Shown here one piece after another: positions 19,501 to 28,791 of a stretch of 64,000 nucleotides of DNA. The DNA lies in NCBI GenBank assembly GCA_963840035.1, contig CAWIXE010000002.1, positions 320,001 to 384,000 on the forward strand. Reading direction: 5' to 3'. The notes beneath the pieces were generated by a model, which saw nothing but the letters and a program-made list of their open reading frames with translations, ran no database searches and was not told the origin of the DNA. The position numbers and the translations under genes are program-made. Positions within the stretch are counted from its first letter, which is position 1, and every line of letters begins with the position of its first letter. Source of the DNA: a candidate division FCPU426 bacterium (GTDB lineage Bacteria > Oederibacteriota > PGYV01 > Palsa-1178).

Positions 19501-21360
19501 TCATATACGGATCCTGTATCTGACAAACGCGCGGTTGTTGACGGCAGGCCGACAGAGACCTTTATGATGAAAGCACCTGACCATACAACAGGAATGTCAG
19601 GTGGAGCGGCCAAGGTAACCGGTGCGGTAATAAATACGGCGGCAGACATCGCGGCTGGCAAAGGCTATGGTTTTATTGGAATGGGTACTAATCTTGCCCA
19701 GCCGGAAATGCCAAAAGATATAGGCTGCTGCAGTGGAATAAGTTTCTACGCCAGAAGTTCAAGTTCCACCATGACATCTTTCAGGATGAAACTGGGACAC
19801 CCGAACGCGTTTACGCCTCCAAATCCAAGCGAGAACATGTATGGAAAAGCGTTCCCGCTGACGTCAACATGGACACTTATTACCATACCATTCAGTGACT
19901 TAACTCAGCTTCCATGGTGGGGAACAACAATTCTGAGGACAGACGCCCTGAAGTTTGTTAATTCCATACAGTTCCAGTCAACAGCTCCGGATAATACAAA
20001 TGTTGCGGGCATTGACCTTGAGGTAGACGATTTGACAATATATAACTGCGTCGGAGGCTGTATGCCTACGCCGTTACCTACAGTTGTCATACCCCCGACA
20101 CCGACTATAACACCAACGCCCAATGCGCCGCTTGTGGATTTCCTTGTGGATGACTGCACGGACGGGGATAACGCGAACAAGCTCGGAGGATACTGGTACA
20201 CATTTGATGACGCAAATGCGTCAACACATTCATATGTCTGGCCCATGTCGGACAAATGGGGCGTGATTAAGGCCGTTCCGACATATGCTTTTATCATGTC
20301 GGCGCCGGGATATAATAGCACGGGTTTTGCGGCGCAGATGACCGGAACCACGACCAATGAGCTTCTGTCAGGAACCTCATATATTGACTTCCTTGGAATG
20401 GGAACAAATCTATCGGAACCCAAAGGCCCGATACAGCTTAATTGCTGCGGAGGCGTCAGGTTCTACGCAAAGTCAGACACCCCGGGCGTAATGGCTAATT
20501 TCAGGGTAAAACTCGGCGCAACAGCCGCGTACGCACTGGCCGGAGGCGAGGGCGGGGATATGTACGGCAAGGAATTCACGGTGACAAATACATGGCAGCT
20601 TTATCAGATAGGCTTTGACAGCTTTACAGCGGAAGGCTGGGGTGCCACTAATTACCCGGGAAATCAGCCTTCAAGGGCGCAGGCTCTGGCACAGGCTGAC
20701 TCTATTCAGTTCCAGTCAACCGGACAGGGGAAGGCAAACATAGACCTCTGGGTTGATGACCTGTACCTTACAAACTGCTATTCGGGATGCGTTGCGGCAC
20801 CGCCGGCACCGACTAGCACAAACACGCCGAATATACCGGCAACAGCGACTAACACACCTTATATCGGTCCGTCAGCGACAAATACGCCTATAGTTCCGAC
20901 AGCGACAAACACGCCGTACATACCGGGCGGTCCGACAGCGACTAACACTCCTTATATACCTGGAGGCGCTACAGCAACGCCGACGGCAATGCCGGTGTCT
21001 GATGTGCTCGAAATAGTGCCCGGTACAGTCGTTGTTTATCCTAATCCGGCAATGAATGACACAGACCCGATTATAATAAGGTTCTTATTAAGAAAAGAAG
21101 CGTCTGAAGCTACAGTAAGGGTATTCACCTCAGGTATGAGGCTTGTCAGGGAGGCAAAAGTTACCCTTCCCATGTCAGGCCCGTCAGGAAATATCCTCGG
21201 AGCTATGGGGCCTGTCAGCGGCGGCGGAACCTGCTATATAGGGTTGAAATATGATTTCATCAAACCGCTTTCAAAAGGCACATATTACTTCGTCATAGAT
21301 GTTAAGAAAGGCAGTGAAACCGCAAAATCAAAAGTTGAGAAGATAATAAAACTTAAGTAA
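16531..21360 (+). CDS. Secreted GH8 glycoside hydrolase with 4 CBM11/CIA30-like domains, Thr/Pro linkers and T9SS-like C-terminal domain
   Basis: Same GH8 and first two binding modules as 12569; two further DDC.DGDNAN..GGYWY modules; YPNP...KGTYYF...KVEKIIKLK; AGGAGG RBS. Confidence 0.88.
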   Translation: MNKKLVFVLFTIIACMFYITPAASGYATYQVTYAAGSAQLADSALLESTYYPNWKSNFVVTAGAYQRVRYPEGLNNNAVYGGTASEGIGYGMLLAVWFDDQPLFNNLWNYKVQHSVKGGLMAWLVDQNGNNLDPNSATDADEDIAMALILAHRRWGSSGVNYNSLASLEIGKISSQDIDTTDFHPYPGDYCTHASNTNTYPSYFTPAWYREFGIQSGDTTTWNKVIARTWTMLTTGGTRSGTTGLATELCTANGGAVSNIDSYNSCRIPWRYSLDYCWNTDANALAQIKLNAAFFNGSATTCGAGYDINAANNGVRQDATHNGSRVGPVTTAFMYSTAPAGQLQAFYNDAVAQQSDTGHFYNVSLALLGMLQATGNCPRMFGAAQPTPTPKQGDLFDDCEDGDNVNMWGGYWYTYDDNDNNNKGTSLVVPWSDNHSATAGKTPTPFSMQAPGYPTSPYGTVFGARMTGNVTTACAWGFIGMGSGTSADSGSPTYAVKDLTVYGLAAGGFRFKVKTNDIKHYTVKISCPASVTSAAGADYNFDFAGSTAWSQVDVPFSALTQPTWRTIIMDKALVLRNATDLQWQTVGQPTTQFDIMVDDIEFYPALPATPTPTYCVGEKLDSMEDGDNMNEFGGFWYTYANDTGTAKASTIWPDSPHGVTFTMSAPGANGSLFCARITGTVSNATVPFVGMGTNMRSDGSSANMGGFIGLTFWAKGDGNLYSVKLKSDPTVITGGNEFKYTFRSTIGASEGWEQMNIPFSIFTQERGWGTKTTVALVLAKLQQIQFESKGPSHTVDFSVDDVEFECSQNWTPTATKTTQPASPTNTESWTPSPAITSTFTGTRTSTVTPSFTKTDTPYYSPTDTRTPVPPTETWTASPAFTATDTMTPLPPTSTFSVSPIASATNTPLPATATNTPMPPTMTNTPLPPTSTNTPIPPTLTFTPIPPSPTITNTPDTSLPVDVLIDDCNDGDNANLHGGYWYAFDDAGTGLSYTDPVSDKRAVVDGRPTETFMMKAPDHTTGMSGGAAKVTGAVINTAADIAAGKGYGFIGMGTNLAQPEMPKDIGCCSGISFYARSSSSTMTSFRMKLGHPNAFTPPNPSENMYGKAFPLTSTWTLITIPFSDLTQLPWWGTTILRTDALKFVNSIQFQSTAPDNTNVAGIDLEVDDLTIYNCVGGCMPTPLPTVVIPPTPTITPTPNAPLVDFLVDDCTDGDNANKLGGYWYTFDDANASTHSYVWPMSDKWGVIKAVPTYAFIMSAPGYNSTGFAAQMTGTTTNELLSGTSYIDFLGMGTNLSEPKGPIQLNCCGGVRFYAKSDTPGVMANFRVKLGATAAYALAGGEGGDMYGKEFTVTNTWQLYQIGFDSFTAEGWGATNYPGNQPSRAQALAQADSIQFQSTGQGKANIDLWVDDLYLTNCYSGCVAAPPAPTSTNTPNIPATATNTPYIGPSATNTPIVPTATNTPYIPGGPTATNTPYIPGGATATPTAMPVSDVLEIVPGTVVVYPNPAMNDTDPIIIRFLLRKEASEATVRVFTSGMRLVREAKVTLPMSGPSGNILGAMGPVSGGGTCYIGLKYDFIKPLSKGTYYFVIDVKKGSETAKSKVEKIIKLK
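16581..18970 (+). repeat. Direct repeat copy B (2390 bp)
   Basis: Matches 12625-15014. Confidence 0.92.
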
Positions 21361-21379
21361 TTAGGCAAGACTTAAATAC

Positions 21380-21416
21380 AAGCCGCCTGCGCGTAAAAAC
21401 GCAGGCGGCTTTTTTT
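21380..21416 (+). terminator. Intrinsic terminator
   Basis: AGCCGCCTGCG-loop-CGCAGGCGGCT followed by a T run. Confidence 0.88.
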
Positions 21417-21454
21417 ATGTAATTTGCGCCGATGTTTTTGATTTGTGACAACTA

Positions 21455-21553
21455 TGACAGCCGCAGCCTTCATGTCCGTCGAAGCTTTAGCGGAGACGGA
21501 TTAGGCTGCGTAAGGCAGGCTGTCGTTTCGCAACCTAAAGGTTGCGGCTGTCA
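21455..21553. repeat. REP/REPIN-like palindromic element with a small nested insertion
   Basis: Ends TGACAGCCGCA / TGCGGCTGTCA; right unit CGCAACCTAAAGGTTGCG; left unit GCAGCCTT..TAGGCTGCG interrupted by TGTCCGTCGAAGCTTTAGCGGAGACGGA. Confidence 0.7.
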
Positions 21554-21618
21554 AGGAATGAAACGCTATTTTACAGTATTATTGGTTTCATATAGCAAAA
21601 CCGTATCTATTATTTTAT

Positions 21619-21644
21619 CGGAACATTTGTTATAATAATTTGTC
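21619..21644 (+). promoter_or_regulatory. Putative ECF promoter with embedded extended -10
   Basis: CGGAAC-N15-TTGTC; spacer contains TGTTATAAT. Confidence 0.7.
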
Positions 21645-21703
21645 TTATATATTAAGGATATTTATGTCTTCACGTAAAAGTATTCAAAACATATGGAGAA
21701 TAC

Positions 21704-24700
21704 ATGCTAAAAGAAAAAAGACTAACTAAATCTCCTAAATCTCTGTTTATACTATTATTTCTTTTCTTTTCTTCAACCATGTTTGCTGCCCATGATTACA
21801 GAAACGCCCTTTATCTTACAACCTATTATTACGGCGCGCAGCGGTGCGGCACATCATATTCCTGGCTTTTTGGCGCGTGCCATGTAAAGGACTCTGACGG
21901 CGCCGCAAAAATTGACGGCGGCTGGCATGACTGCGGGGACCATGTGAAATGGATGGGGACAGGAGCTTACGCGTGCGGCGTGCTGCTGGAAGGGTACCTC
22001 GCTTTTTCATCTTCGTATGAAGACAGGTATCAGCAGACAAATTCAAACGGCGCCTCAGACGGCATACCCGACATAGTAAATGAAGCGAAAGTATACACTG
22101 ATTTTCTTTTAAAGGCTTTATCAGGCGGAAAACTTTATGACCAGATAGGGAATTTCGGATCCGGTACGGGCGGCGACCATAAGCACTTCTCGGAGCCCCA
22201 TGACCAGTCGTTGAATTATACTTCGGCGGAAGGCGGCGAAAGCGACGGCCCCAGGGTATTCCGCGGCGTAACCGCGGCGTCGAACCTCGCGGGCAAAGCA
22301 GCGGCGTCGCTGGCGCTTATGGCCATCGCGTATAAAAATATCGACCTTGCCTACGCGACGCAGTGCTATAACAAAGCAAAGGATTATTTTACATTTGGCG
22401 ACGCGACAAAAGCTGTTTCGTCATCTGTACAGGGCAGCTATTACACCGAAACAAACTGGGCTGATGACATGTCCTGGGGGGCCATAGCCATATACAGGGC
22501 ATCAGTGGCATTGGGTACTCCAGATACATCATACCGCACAAAGGCAATCACATACGCTGACGATGCGGGTTTTCAGGGGGCGGGTTACTGGGTGCTGTGC
22601 TGGGACCATACCGAACAGATGGCAAATTACGGGCTGTGGCTTGTCACGGGCGACACAAAATACAGCGGCCGCATGAAAACGGAAGTTGATAAATACAAAA
22701 CAAAACTTGTTAACTGCACATCGGGCTCATATATGTTTTTTGGCTCTGGCTGGGGCGAACTGCGCTACGGAACGGCGGCCGCTTTTGTCTGCATGCTTTA
22801 TAATAAAAATGTCGCGGCAGACGCGGCGGCTGTTGATGTGGCAAAAAAGACCATTGATTATGTCCTGGGCACGCACTCCACGGCAGGCGACGCGCCGGCA
22901 GGGCGCTCTTTTGTGGTTGGTTATTCCAACCCTGATAATGTGGCGGCCGGCTGGGTACAACACCCCCATCACAGGGGCGCCTTTGGAAAAACAAAGGCGC
23001 AGAATGCCGACCAGCTCTTTCAGAATGAAAAAGCCTCACCCGGGTCTGTGCCTTACACAAACGTGCTTAAAGGGTCCATGATGGGCGGACTGACAGGGAA
23101 CTGTTCCACGTTTACCGATAATATTGACTCCTACCAGTGGACTGAAGGCGGCATAGATTATAACGCGGGGATTGTCGGGGCCATTGCCGGGCTTGTAAAT
23201 TACCTGAACCCGCCGACGCCAACATATTCGCCCACGCAGAACCTTTCCATGACAAGGACATATACGCCTACCGTATCCCCGACTTATACCATAACGCCGA
23301 TACCGCCGGCGACACACAAACTGAACCTTGAAATAAAGTCGGCAAGCCTGGCAAATACGTGCGGCGAGCAGGCCATGAATTATGACATTAAGATTACAAA
23401 TTATGATTCTGTGGACATAGATATCTCGACGTTGAAATGGAGGGTGTGGCTTAACACTGCCGCGTCAATTGTCGTGGAAAAATACGATTCAAGGATATTT
23501 GACGCTACTGGCACGGGCACAAGCAACCAGCCGGGGGTGGCATCTTCCGAGACGGCAATAGGTTCTATATGCAGCCTTGGCGGGAAAACCGCCAATAAAT
23601 ACATTGATGTTACGTTTACCGGGGCGTATTCGATACCGGCAAACGGGGGATATTTATACATGAAGGGCGTGGTAAGGACATCCTCTTACGCGAACCTGGA
23701 CCCCGAGTGCGATGATTATTCCACAATACCCGGCGCATGGGCAGCCTATACCAATTCATCGACGTTTACGCTCTACGAGGGGACTAACCTTGTATGCGAG
23801 TACCTGAATTCAACGACGCAGGATACGGCAAACACGGGAATAAATCCATGCACCGGCGCGACAGGCTGCCCAGGAGCAACGACAAAAACAAATACGCCAA
23901 CCGCGCCTACGTTTACAGCCACGCCGACAAGGACAAATACACCCGTGCCTACCCCGACGTCTACCGCGACACGGACAAATACGCCCGTGGCTCCGACCGC
24001 GACGCATACATCGACCAGGACGGTCACGCTTACAAATACGCCGCAGCCTCCGACATATACTTTCACTTCAACCCTGACAAATACACCTGTGCAGCCGACA
24101 GCAACGTTTACCGCGACTAAGACAAACTCACCCGTTCCACCGACCTCGACATTTACCCTCACGCGCACTAATACGCCGCTGCCGACCGATACTTTTACGC
24201 CGCTGCCAACAGTTACTTTTACTTCCACTTTTACGGCCTCAAAGAGCGCGACCCCGACCCCGACCCCGACAGTGACGCGGACATCATCAAGGACCGCCAC
24301 GCCGACGGTATCTGTCACATCAACAAAATCAATAACGCCTACGCTTACAATAACGCAGACGCATACGGCATCTCCGACAGAAACTGACTATGCAGGCACA
24401 CCGACCGATACATGGACAAGTTCGGCCACGCCGACTATTACGCAAACGCATACCGGCAGCCCCACGGAAACCTGGTCTGTCACCGATACTTATACAGCGA
24501 CGCCGACATTTACTTCCACGGACCTTCCTACGGAGACGAATACTCCCGTTAATACTGCCACGATGGTGCTGCCAAGCAGCACAAATACGCCTGTGAGCAC
24601 AGCCACGGATACCCCGGTGGACACTCCTGTTTATACTGCAACAAATACGCAGGTTAATACCCCGGTAAATACATTCACAAATACTCCCGTGGACACGCAG

Positions 24701-25177
24701 GTAAGCACTGCCACAAATACTCCGGTAAACACGCCGCAAAATACCCCGGTAAATACAGCGACCGCGACAAAAGTGCCTACTATGATTATTACCCCGACAT
24801 TTACACGGACGGCAATGCCGACAGCCGCGGAAACCCCCACAAATACGCCAATTACTGCCGCGACAAAAACAGATATAGAAATAATTCAGGTTAAACCTTT
24901 CCCGAACCCGTATAGCGGGACAGGGGATATGTCGCTGGGCCTTGAAATAACCAGGGCAATTAAGCAAATTGACATTTATATTTATACCTCCGGTTCAAGG
25001 CTTGTCAGGCATTATGCGCTTAATGAAAACCATGCCGCGGGATACTGCGTACTGGACATCAGCGGCGATAAATTTAACGGGCTTGCAAAAGCCACGTATT
25101 ACATGGTCGTAAAGGTGAAGGCTGATAACAATAAGGAAGCCGTCAGCGGTATTGAAAAGATAACTATTTTAAAATGA
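21704..25177 (+). CDS. Secreted GH9 endoglucanase with CBM3-like domain, Thr-rich linker and T9SS-like CTD
   Basis: GAQRCG, GGWHDCGDH, HPHHR, TEGGIDYNAG; CBM3-like YDIKITNYD...DISTLKWRVW; PFPNP...ATYY...IEKITILK. Confidence 0.88.
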   Translation: MLKEKRLTKSPKSLFILLFLFFSSTMFAAHDYRNALYLTTYYYGAQRCGTSYSWLFGACHVKDSDGAAKIDGGWHDCGDHVKWMGTGAYACGVLLEGYLAFSSSYEDRYQQTNSNGASDGIPDIVNEAKVYTDFLLKALSGGKLYDQIGNFGSGTGGDHKHFSEPHDQSLNYTSAEGGESDGPRVFRGVTAASNLAGKAAASLALMAIAYKNIDLAYATQCYNKAKDYFTFGDATKAVSSSVQGSYYTETNWADDMSWGAIAIYRASVALGTPDTSYRTKAITYADDAGFQGAGYWVLCWDHTEQMANYGLWLVTGDTKYSGRMKTEVDKYKTKLVNCTSGSYMFFGSGWGELRYGTAAAFVCMLYNKNVAADAAAVDVAKKTIDYVLGTHSTAGDAPAGRSFVVGYSNPDNVAAGWVQHPHHRGAFGKTKAQNADQLFQNEKASPGSVPYTNVLKGSMMGGLTGNCSTFTDNIDSYQWTEGGIDYNAGIVGAIAGLVNYLNPPTPTYSPTQNLSMTRTYTPTVSPTYTITPIPPATHKLNLEIKSASLANTCGEQAMNYDIKITNYDSVDIDISTLKWRVWLNTAASIVVEKYDSRIFDATGTGTSNQPGVASSETAIGSICSLGGKTANKYIDVTFTGAYSIPANGGYLYMKGVVRTSSYANLDPECDDYSTIPGAWAAYTNSSTFTLYEGTNLVCEYLNSTTQDTANTGINPCTGATGCPGATTKTNTPTAPTFTATPTRTNTPVPTPTSTATRTNTPVAPTATHTSTRTVTLTNTPQPPTYTFTSTLTNTPVQPTATFTATKTNSPVPPTSTFTLTRTNTPLPTDTFTPLPTVTFTSTFTASKSATPTPTPTVTRTSSRTATPTVSVTSTKSITPTLTITQTHTASPTETDYAGTPTDTWTSSATPTITQTHTGSPTETWSVTDTYTATPTFTSTDLPTETNTPVNTATMVLPSSTNTPVSTATDTPVDTPVYTATNTQVNTPVNTFTNTPVDTQVSTATNTPVNTPQNTPVNTATATKVPTMIITPTFTRTAMPTAAETPTNTPITAATKTDIEIIQVKPFPNPYSGTGDMSLGLEITRAIKQIDIYIYTSGSRLVRHYALNENHAAGYCVLDISGDKFNGLAKATYYMVVKVKADNNKEAVSGIEKITILK

Positions 25178-25181
25178 TGCC

Positions 25182-25428
25182 GGCAGCCGCAGCCTTTAGA
25201 TGAGGCAGTTAATAGTTGTGTTGACAGATTACAAGATGTCATTGCGAGGAGGCGTTTTTGTTATTTGCCGGCGAAGCAATCCGGCTGCTTTTACAGGAAG
25301 AAACGAGATTGCTTCGTCGCCATGAATCAAATACGGCTCCTCGCAATGACAAACTGTAAATATTAAATACTACACTTTAGTCTATGTAAAGGCTGACCTG
25401 GTTTAGCAACCTGAAGGTTGCGGCTGCC
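25182..25428. repeat. REP/REPIN-like element (same family as 21455) containing a larger insertion
   Basis: GGCAGCCGCAGCCTTTAG ... GCAACCTGAAGGTTGCGGCTGCC. Confidence 0.65.
25237..25351. mobile_element. Short non-autonomous palindromic (MITE-like) element
   Basis: Terminal inverted repeats TGTCATTGCGAGGAG / CTCCTCGCAATGACA and inner CGAAGCAATC / GATTGCTTCG. Confidence 0.75.
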
Positions 25429-25533
25429 AAGGGAAAAACATTTCCCCGCAATACTTCCAAATGGCATGAAAAAGGTGTTGTTTAATGCAATTCAAATAGG
25501 TTTCGCCATGTAAAACCCCAACCCCTATTTTTT

Positions 25534-25559
25534 CGGAACTTCTGTTATAATGCGTTGTC
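25534..25559 (+). promoter_or_regulatory. Putative ECF promoter with embedded extended -10
   Basis: CGGAAC-N15-TTGTC(TAA); spacer contains TGTTATAAT. Confidence 0.72.
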
Positions 25560-25614
25560 TAATACATAAGAATAGGTCTATGTATATATTTTTTTCAGGA
25601 AGAAGGCGCTTTGC

Positions 25615-28518
25615 GTGATAAACATTAATGCTAAAAAAACAGGCCCGAGTAACGCAAAACTTTTAATTACCCTGATTATTTTTATCCTATCCGCGTTTCC
25701 TTTGTTCGCGGCTACCAATGATTACGCCCAGGCTTTAAAGCTCGGGACCTATTTTTTTGGAGGGCAGCGCTGCGGCAATACACAGTCATGGCTCCATGGC
25801 GCATGCCACACACAGGACGGCTCCACGCAGGGTATGAGCCTATCCGGAGGCTGGCACGACTGCGGGGACCATATAAAATTCAGCCAGACCGGCGCTTACG
25901 CGGCCGCGCTGATGCTGTTATCCTATCTGGAGTTTACACCTTCTTTTAAGGATGATTATTCCACCGCAAATTCAGCCGCGCCTTCAAACGGGGTGCCGGA
26001 TGTGCTTGATGAAATAAAAATAGAGACTGATTATCTGCTGAATGTTTTTACCGGGACTGCCCTGTACTATCAGGCAGGGACAGGAGGGGATCCTGACCAC
26101 GCGTGTTTTACCGAACCTGTGACACAATCGGGCTGGACAACGGCCCAGGGCGGAAATCCGAGGACCGCGTATTCATACAACGGTTCCGCGGCGAATATTG
26201 CGGGCGTAACAGCCGCCGCGCTGGCGTATATGGCCATCGCTTACAGGCCATATAATTCGGCATACGCTGATTCCTGCCTTGCGGACGCTCAGGCCATATA
26301 TACTTTCGGAAAAAATTCAACAGGCTCCAGCGGGTCACAGTGCTGCTACTCATCGGCAAACTGGGCCGATGACATGTGCTGGGCTGCCGGCGCGTTATAC
26401 AGGGCAACCGGGACCGCAAGTTATATTACGGATGCCGCGAATTTTTATTCAAACGCAAATTACACGCAGCCGAGCGCGGGGCAGGTAAACTATTACGGCG
26501 GCTGGGACCATACTGAACCATACGGCGCTTATGAATTATGGAGGGGCACAGGCACAGCGGCTTACAGAACCATGCTGCAGACAGCCGTGGGGCTCTTCAA
26601 CGGAAAATTCACATCCTGCGGCGGGAGCGGATACTTCGCGCTCGACGGATGGGGGACTTTCAGGTACGCGTCAGCCGCAGCATTCATTAACCTGCTGTAC
26701 TATAAGATCGATAATACCGCCACGACGGCTTATAATAACGCCAAGGCAAATATGGATTTCATCCTGGGGTCGCATACGGCCTTTGGAAACGTGCCTGCCA
26801 ATTATTCATTTCTCATGGGATACAATGTGCAGGGCGGCGGAAACCCGCAGCATCCCCACCACAGGGCTGCTTTTGGAAAGACCACGGCTTATAATGTGTG
26901 GACAACATTTAACGCGGAGCAGAGTTCGCCCGGAAGCATACCATATGGTTTTTACCTTACCGGCGCCATGATTGGCGGGCTTGCTTCCTCATGTGGAAAT
27001 TTTGTGGACAATATCGGAAACGTAACCACCACAGAGGTTTGCACCGATTATAACGCGTGTTTTGTGGCGGCCATGGGCGCGCTGGTAAGTTATGTAAACC
27101 CCACAACTCCGACAAATACACCGGTGGCGCAATCGCCGACTTTTACGGTTACTTTCACAAGAACAGCAACAAAGACAGCGACAAAAACCGCAACAATGAC
27201 TTTTACACTTACAAACACGCCAAATCCTCCCACGGATACATTTACCCCGACTTTTACCCGGACCGCGACTAAGACTGCCACGCTAACTTCGACCATGACT
27301 TACACCATGACAAATACGCCTGTCGCGCCGACGTTTACATACACGGCGACTTTTACCGGGACGGCGACTAAAACAGCAACGCGGACTTCGACGATGACTT
27401 ACACATTAACAAATACCCCTGTTGCTTTCACGCCGACATTCACACAGACCTTTACCGCGACTGCGACAGTTTCATATACGCCGACACAGACGCCGTTGGC
27501 GCCTACAAATACTTTCACGGCAACGCGGTCATTTACCCTGACAGCCACGCCGACTAAGACGTCCACTGAAACATTTACAGTCACAGTTACGCCGAGCGGC
27601 ACAAAGACCGCCACCCTGACTGTTTCAAATACACAGACCATGACGGCCACCCCGACAAGAACAGTTACGCAGAGCCTGACTTCAACGCCGACGTTTACCA
27701 TCACTGAAACACATACTGCCTCGCCAACGGAAACTGATTATGCCGGTACGCCGACTGATACATATACGCCAACTCCTTCATTTACTGTTACACAGACAGG
27801 CACGGCATCGCCGACTTATACAGTCACTTACACTCTGACCGATACGCCTACGGCGGAAGATACCCCGACTCAGACAAATACACAGACAGGGACGCCTACT
27901 GAACTCCCGAGCGGGACAAATACTCCGAGCGGGACACAGACCATGCCATACACGGCCACATGGACGCCTTCAGTTACACAAACTGATACGCCTTTTGACA
28001 CGGCAACACAGACGCAGGTCGACACACCTGTACAGACTTACACACAGACGCCTGTTAATACAATTACATCAAGCCCGACGCAGACAGCCGTAAACTCCGC
28101 CTCGCCAACAAGGACTAACACTCCGGTTATCACAAATACATTTACGCGCACGATTGTCCCGACCAACACTGTCACTCCTACAGGAACGCCGGTTGGCGTG
28201 CCTACGGAAAAAGACATCAGGATAATCGATACAAAGCCGTACCCGTGCCCGTATATCAATTCGGCAGATTTGACGGTAGGATTCACGTTAACAAGGAACG
28301 CTGTGAAAACGGAATTTTATTTATATACCAAGGCGATGAGGCTGATCAGAAAATACTCTTTACCGGGAACATACGCTGCGGGGTATAACACGCTTAGCAT
28401 TGACAGCCCGTTGTTCGCAGGCATTTCAAGGGGCGTATACTATTTCGTAATAACGGCAACAGGGGATAATAAAGCGGTTGCAAAAAGCCGGATTGAAAAG
28501 CTTATAATACTTAAATAG
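25615..28518 (+). CDS. Secreted GH9 endoglucanase with Thr-rich linker and T9SS-like CTD (no CBM recognised)
   Basis: GGQRCG, GGWHDCGDH, HPHHR, TEVCTDYNA; PYPCP...GVYYF...IEKLIILK; GTG start uncertain. Confidence 0.87.
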   Translation: MININAKKTGPSNAKLLITLIIFILSAFPLFAATNDYAQALKLGTYFFGGQRCGNTQSWLHGACHTQDGSTQGMSLSGGWHDCGDHIKFSQTGAYAAALMLLSYLEFTPSFKDDYSTANSAAPSNGVPDVLDEIKIETDYLLNVFTGTALYYQAGTGGDPDHACFTEPVTQSGWTTAQGGNPRTAYSYNGSAANIAGVTAAALAYMAIAYRPYNSAYADSCLADAQAIYTFGKNSTGSSGSQCCYSSANWADDMCWAAGALYRATGTASYITDAANFYSNANYTQPSAGQVNYYGGWDHTEPYGAYELWRGTGTAAYRTMLQTAVGLFNGKFTSCGGSGYFALDGWGTFRYASAAAFINLLYYKIDNTATTAYNNAKANMDFILGSHTAFGNVPANYSFLMGYNVQGGGNPQHPHHRAAFGKTTAYNVWTTFNAEQSSPGSIPYGFYLTGAMIGGLASSCGNFVDNIGNVTTTEVCTDYNACFVAAMGALVSYVNPTTPTNTPVAQSPTFTVTFTRTATKTATKTATMTFTLTNTPNPPTDTFTPTFTRTATKTATLTSTMTYTMTNTPVAPTFTYTATFTGTATKTATRTSTMTYTLTNTPVAFTPTFTQTFTATATVSYTPTQTPLAPTNTFTATRSFTLTATPTKTSTETFTVTVTPSGTKTATLTVSNTQTMTATPTRTVTQSLTSTPTFTITETHTASPTETDYAGTPTDTYTPTPSFTVTQTGTASPTYTVTYTLTDTPTAEDTPTQTNTQTGTPTELPSGTNTPSGTQTMPYTATWTPSVTQTDTPFDTATQTQVDTPVQTYTQTPVNTITSSPTQTAVNSASPTRTNTPVITNTFTRTIVPTNTVTPTGTPVGVPTEKDIRIIDTKPYPCPYINSADLTVGFTLTRNAVKTEFYLYTKAMRLIRKYSLPGTYAAGYNTLSIDSPLFAGISRGVYYFVITATGDNKAVAKSRIEKLIILK

Positions 28519-28521
28519 GGC

Positions 28522-28604
28522 GGATTATGAATTCTGGATTCCAGATTCTGGATTGAGGAAAAAACGGGCTTTTATTGGGTTTTAATCCAGAATCTAGAAT
28601 CAAG
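28522..28604. repeat. Heptamer-unit inverted repeat (ATTCTGG / CCAGAAT type)
   Basis: GAATTCTGGATTCCAGATTCTGGATT ... AATCCAGAATCTAGAATCAAG. Confidence 0.7.
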
Positions 28605-28670
28605 CAAAAAACGCAACCTAAAACAAGCAGTTGCGTTAAGTTAGTGACGGGATTTTGCTGTGTTGATATA

Positions 28671-28709
28671 TTAGCGCTAAACCGCTTTAGTTATAAAGCG
28701 TTTAAACGC
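28671..28709. promoter_or_regulatory. Candidate LacI-type operators
   Basis: Clustered palindromes TTAGCGCTAA, CTAAACCGCTTTAG and GCGTTTAAACGC just upstream of the -35. Confidence 0.45.
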
Positions 28710-28719
28710 ATAAAAACAA

Positions 28720-28748
28720 TTGACCTGATTTTTGGGGTTTGGTATAAT
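28720..28748 (+). promoter_or_regulatory. sigma70 promoter of porin/CBM-lipoprotein operon
   Basis: TTGACC-N17-TATAAT with TG extension. Confidence 0.72.
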
Positions 28749-28791
28749 AATGTAAATTTTTTGCTATAAAAAATTTTCGCAAGGAGAGAGC

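Noticed and set aside
21432..21635. Short intergenic ORFs (21432-21635, 28575-28769, 37624-37893)
   Set aside because: They overlap repeats and promoters, with no RBS or recognisable protein features
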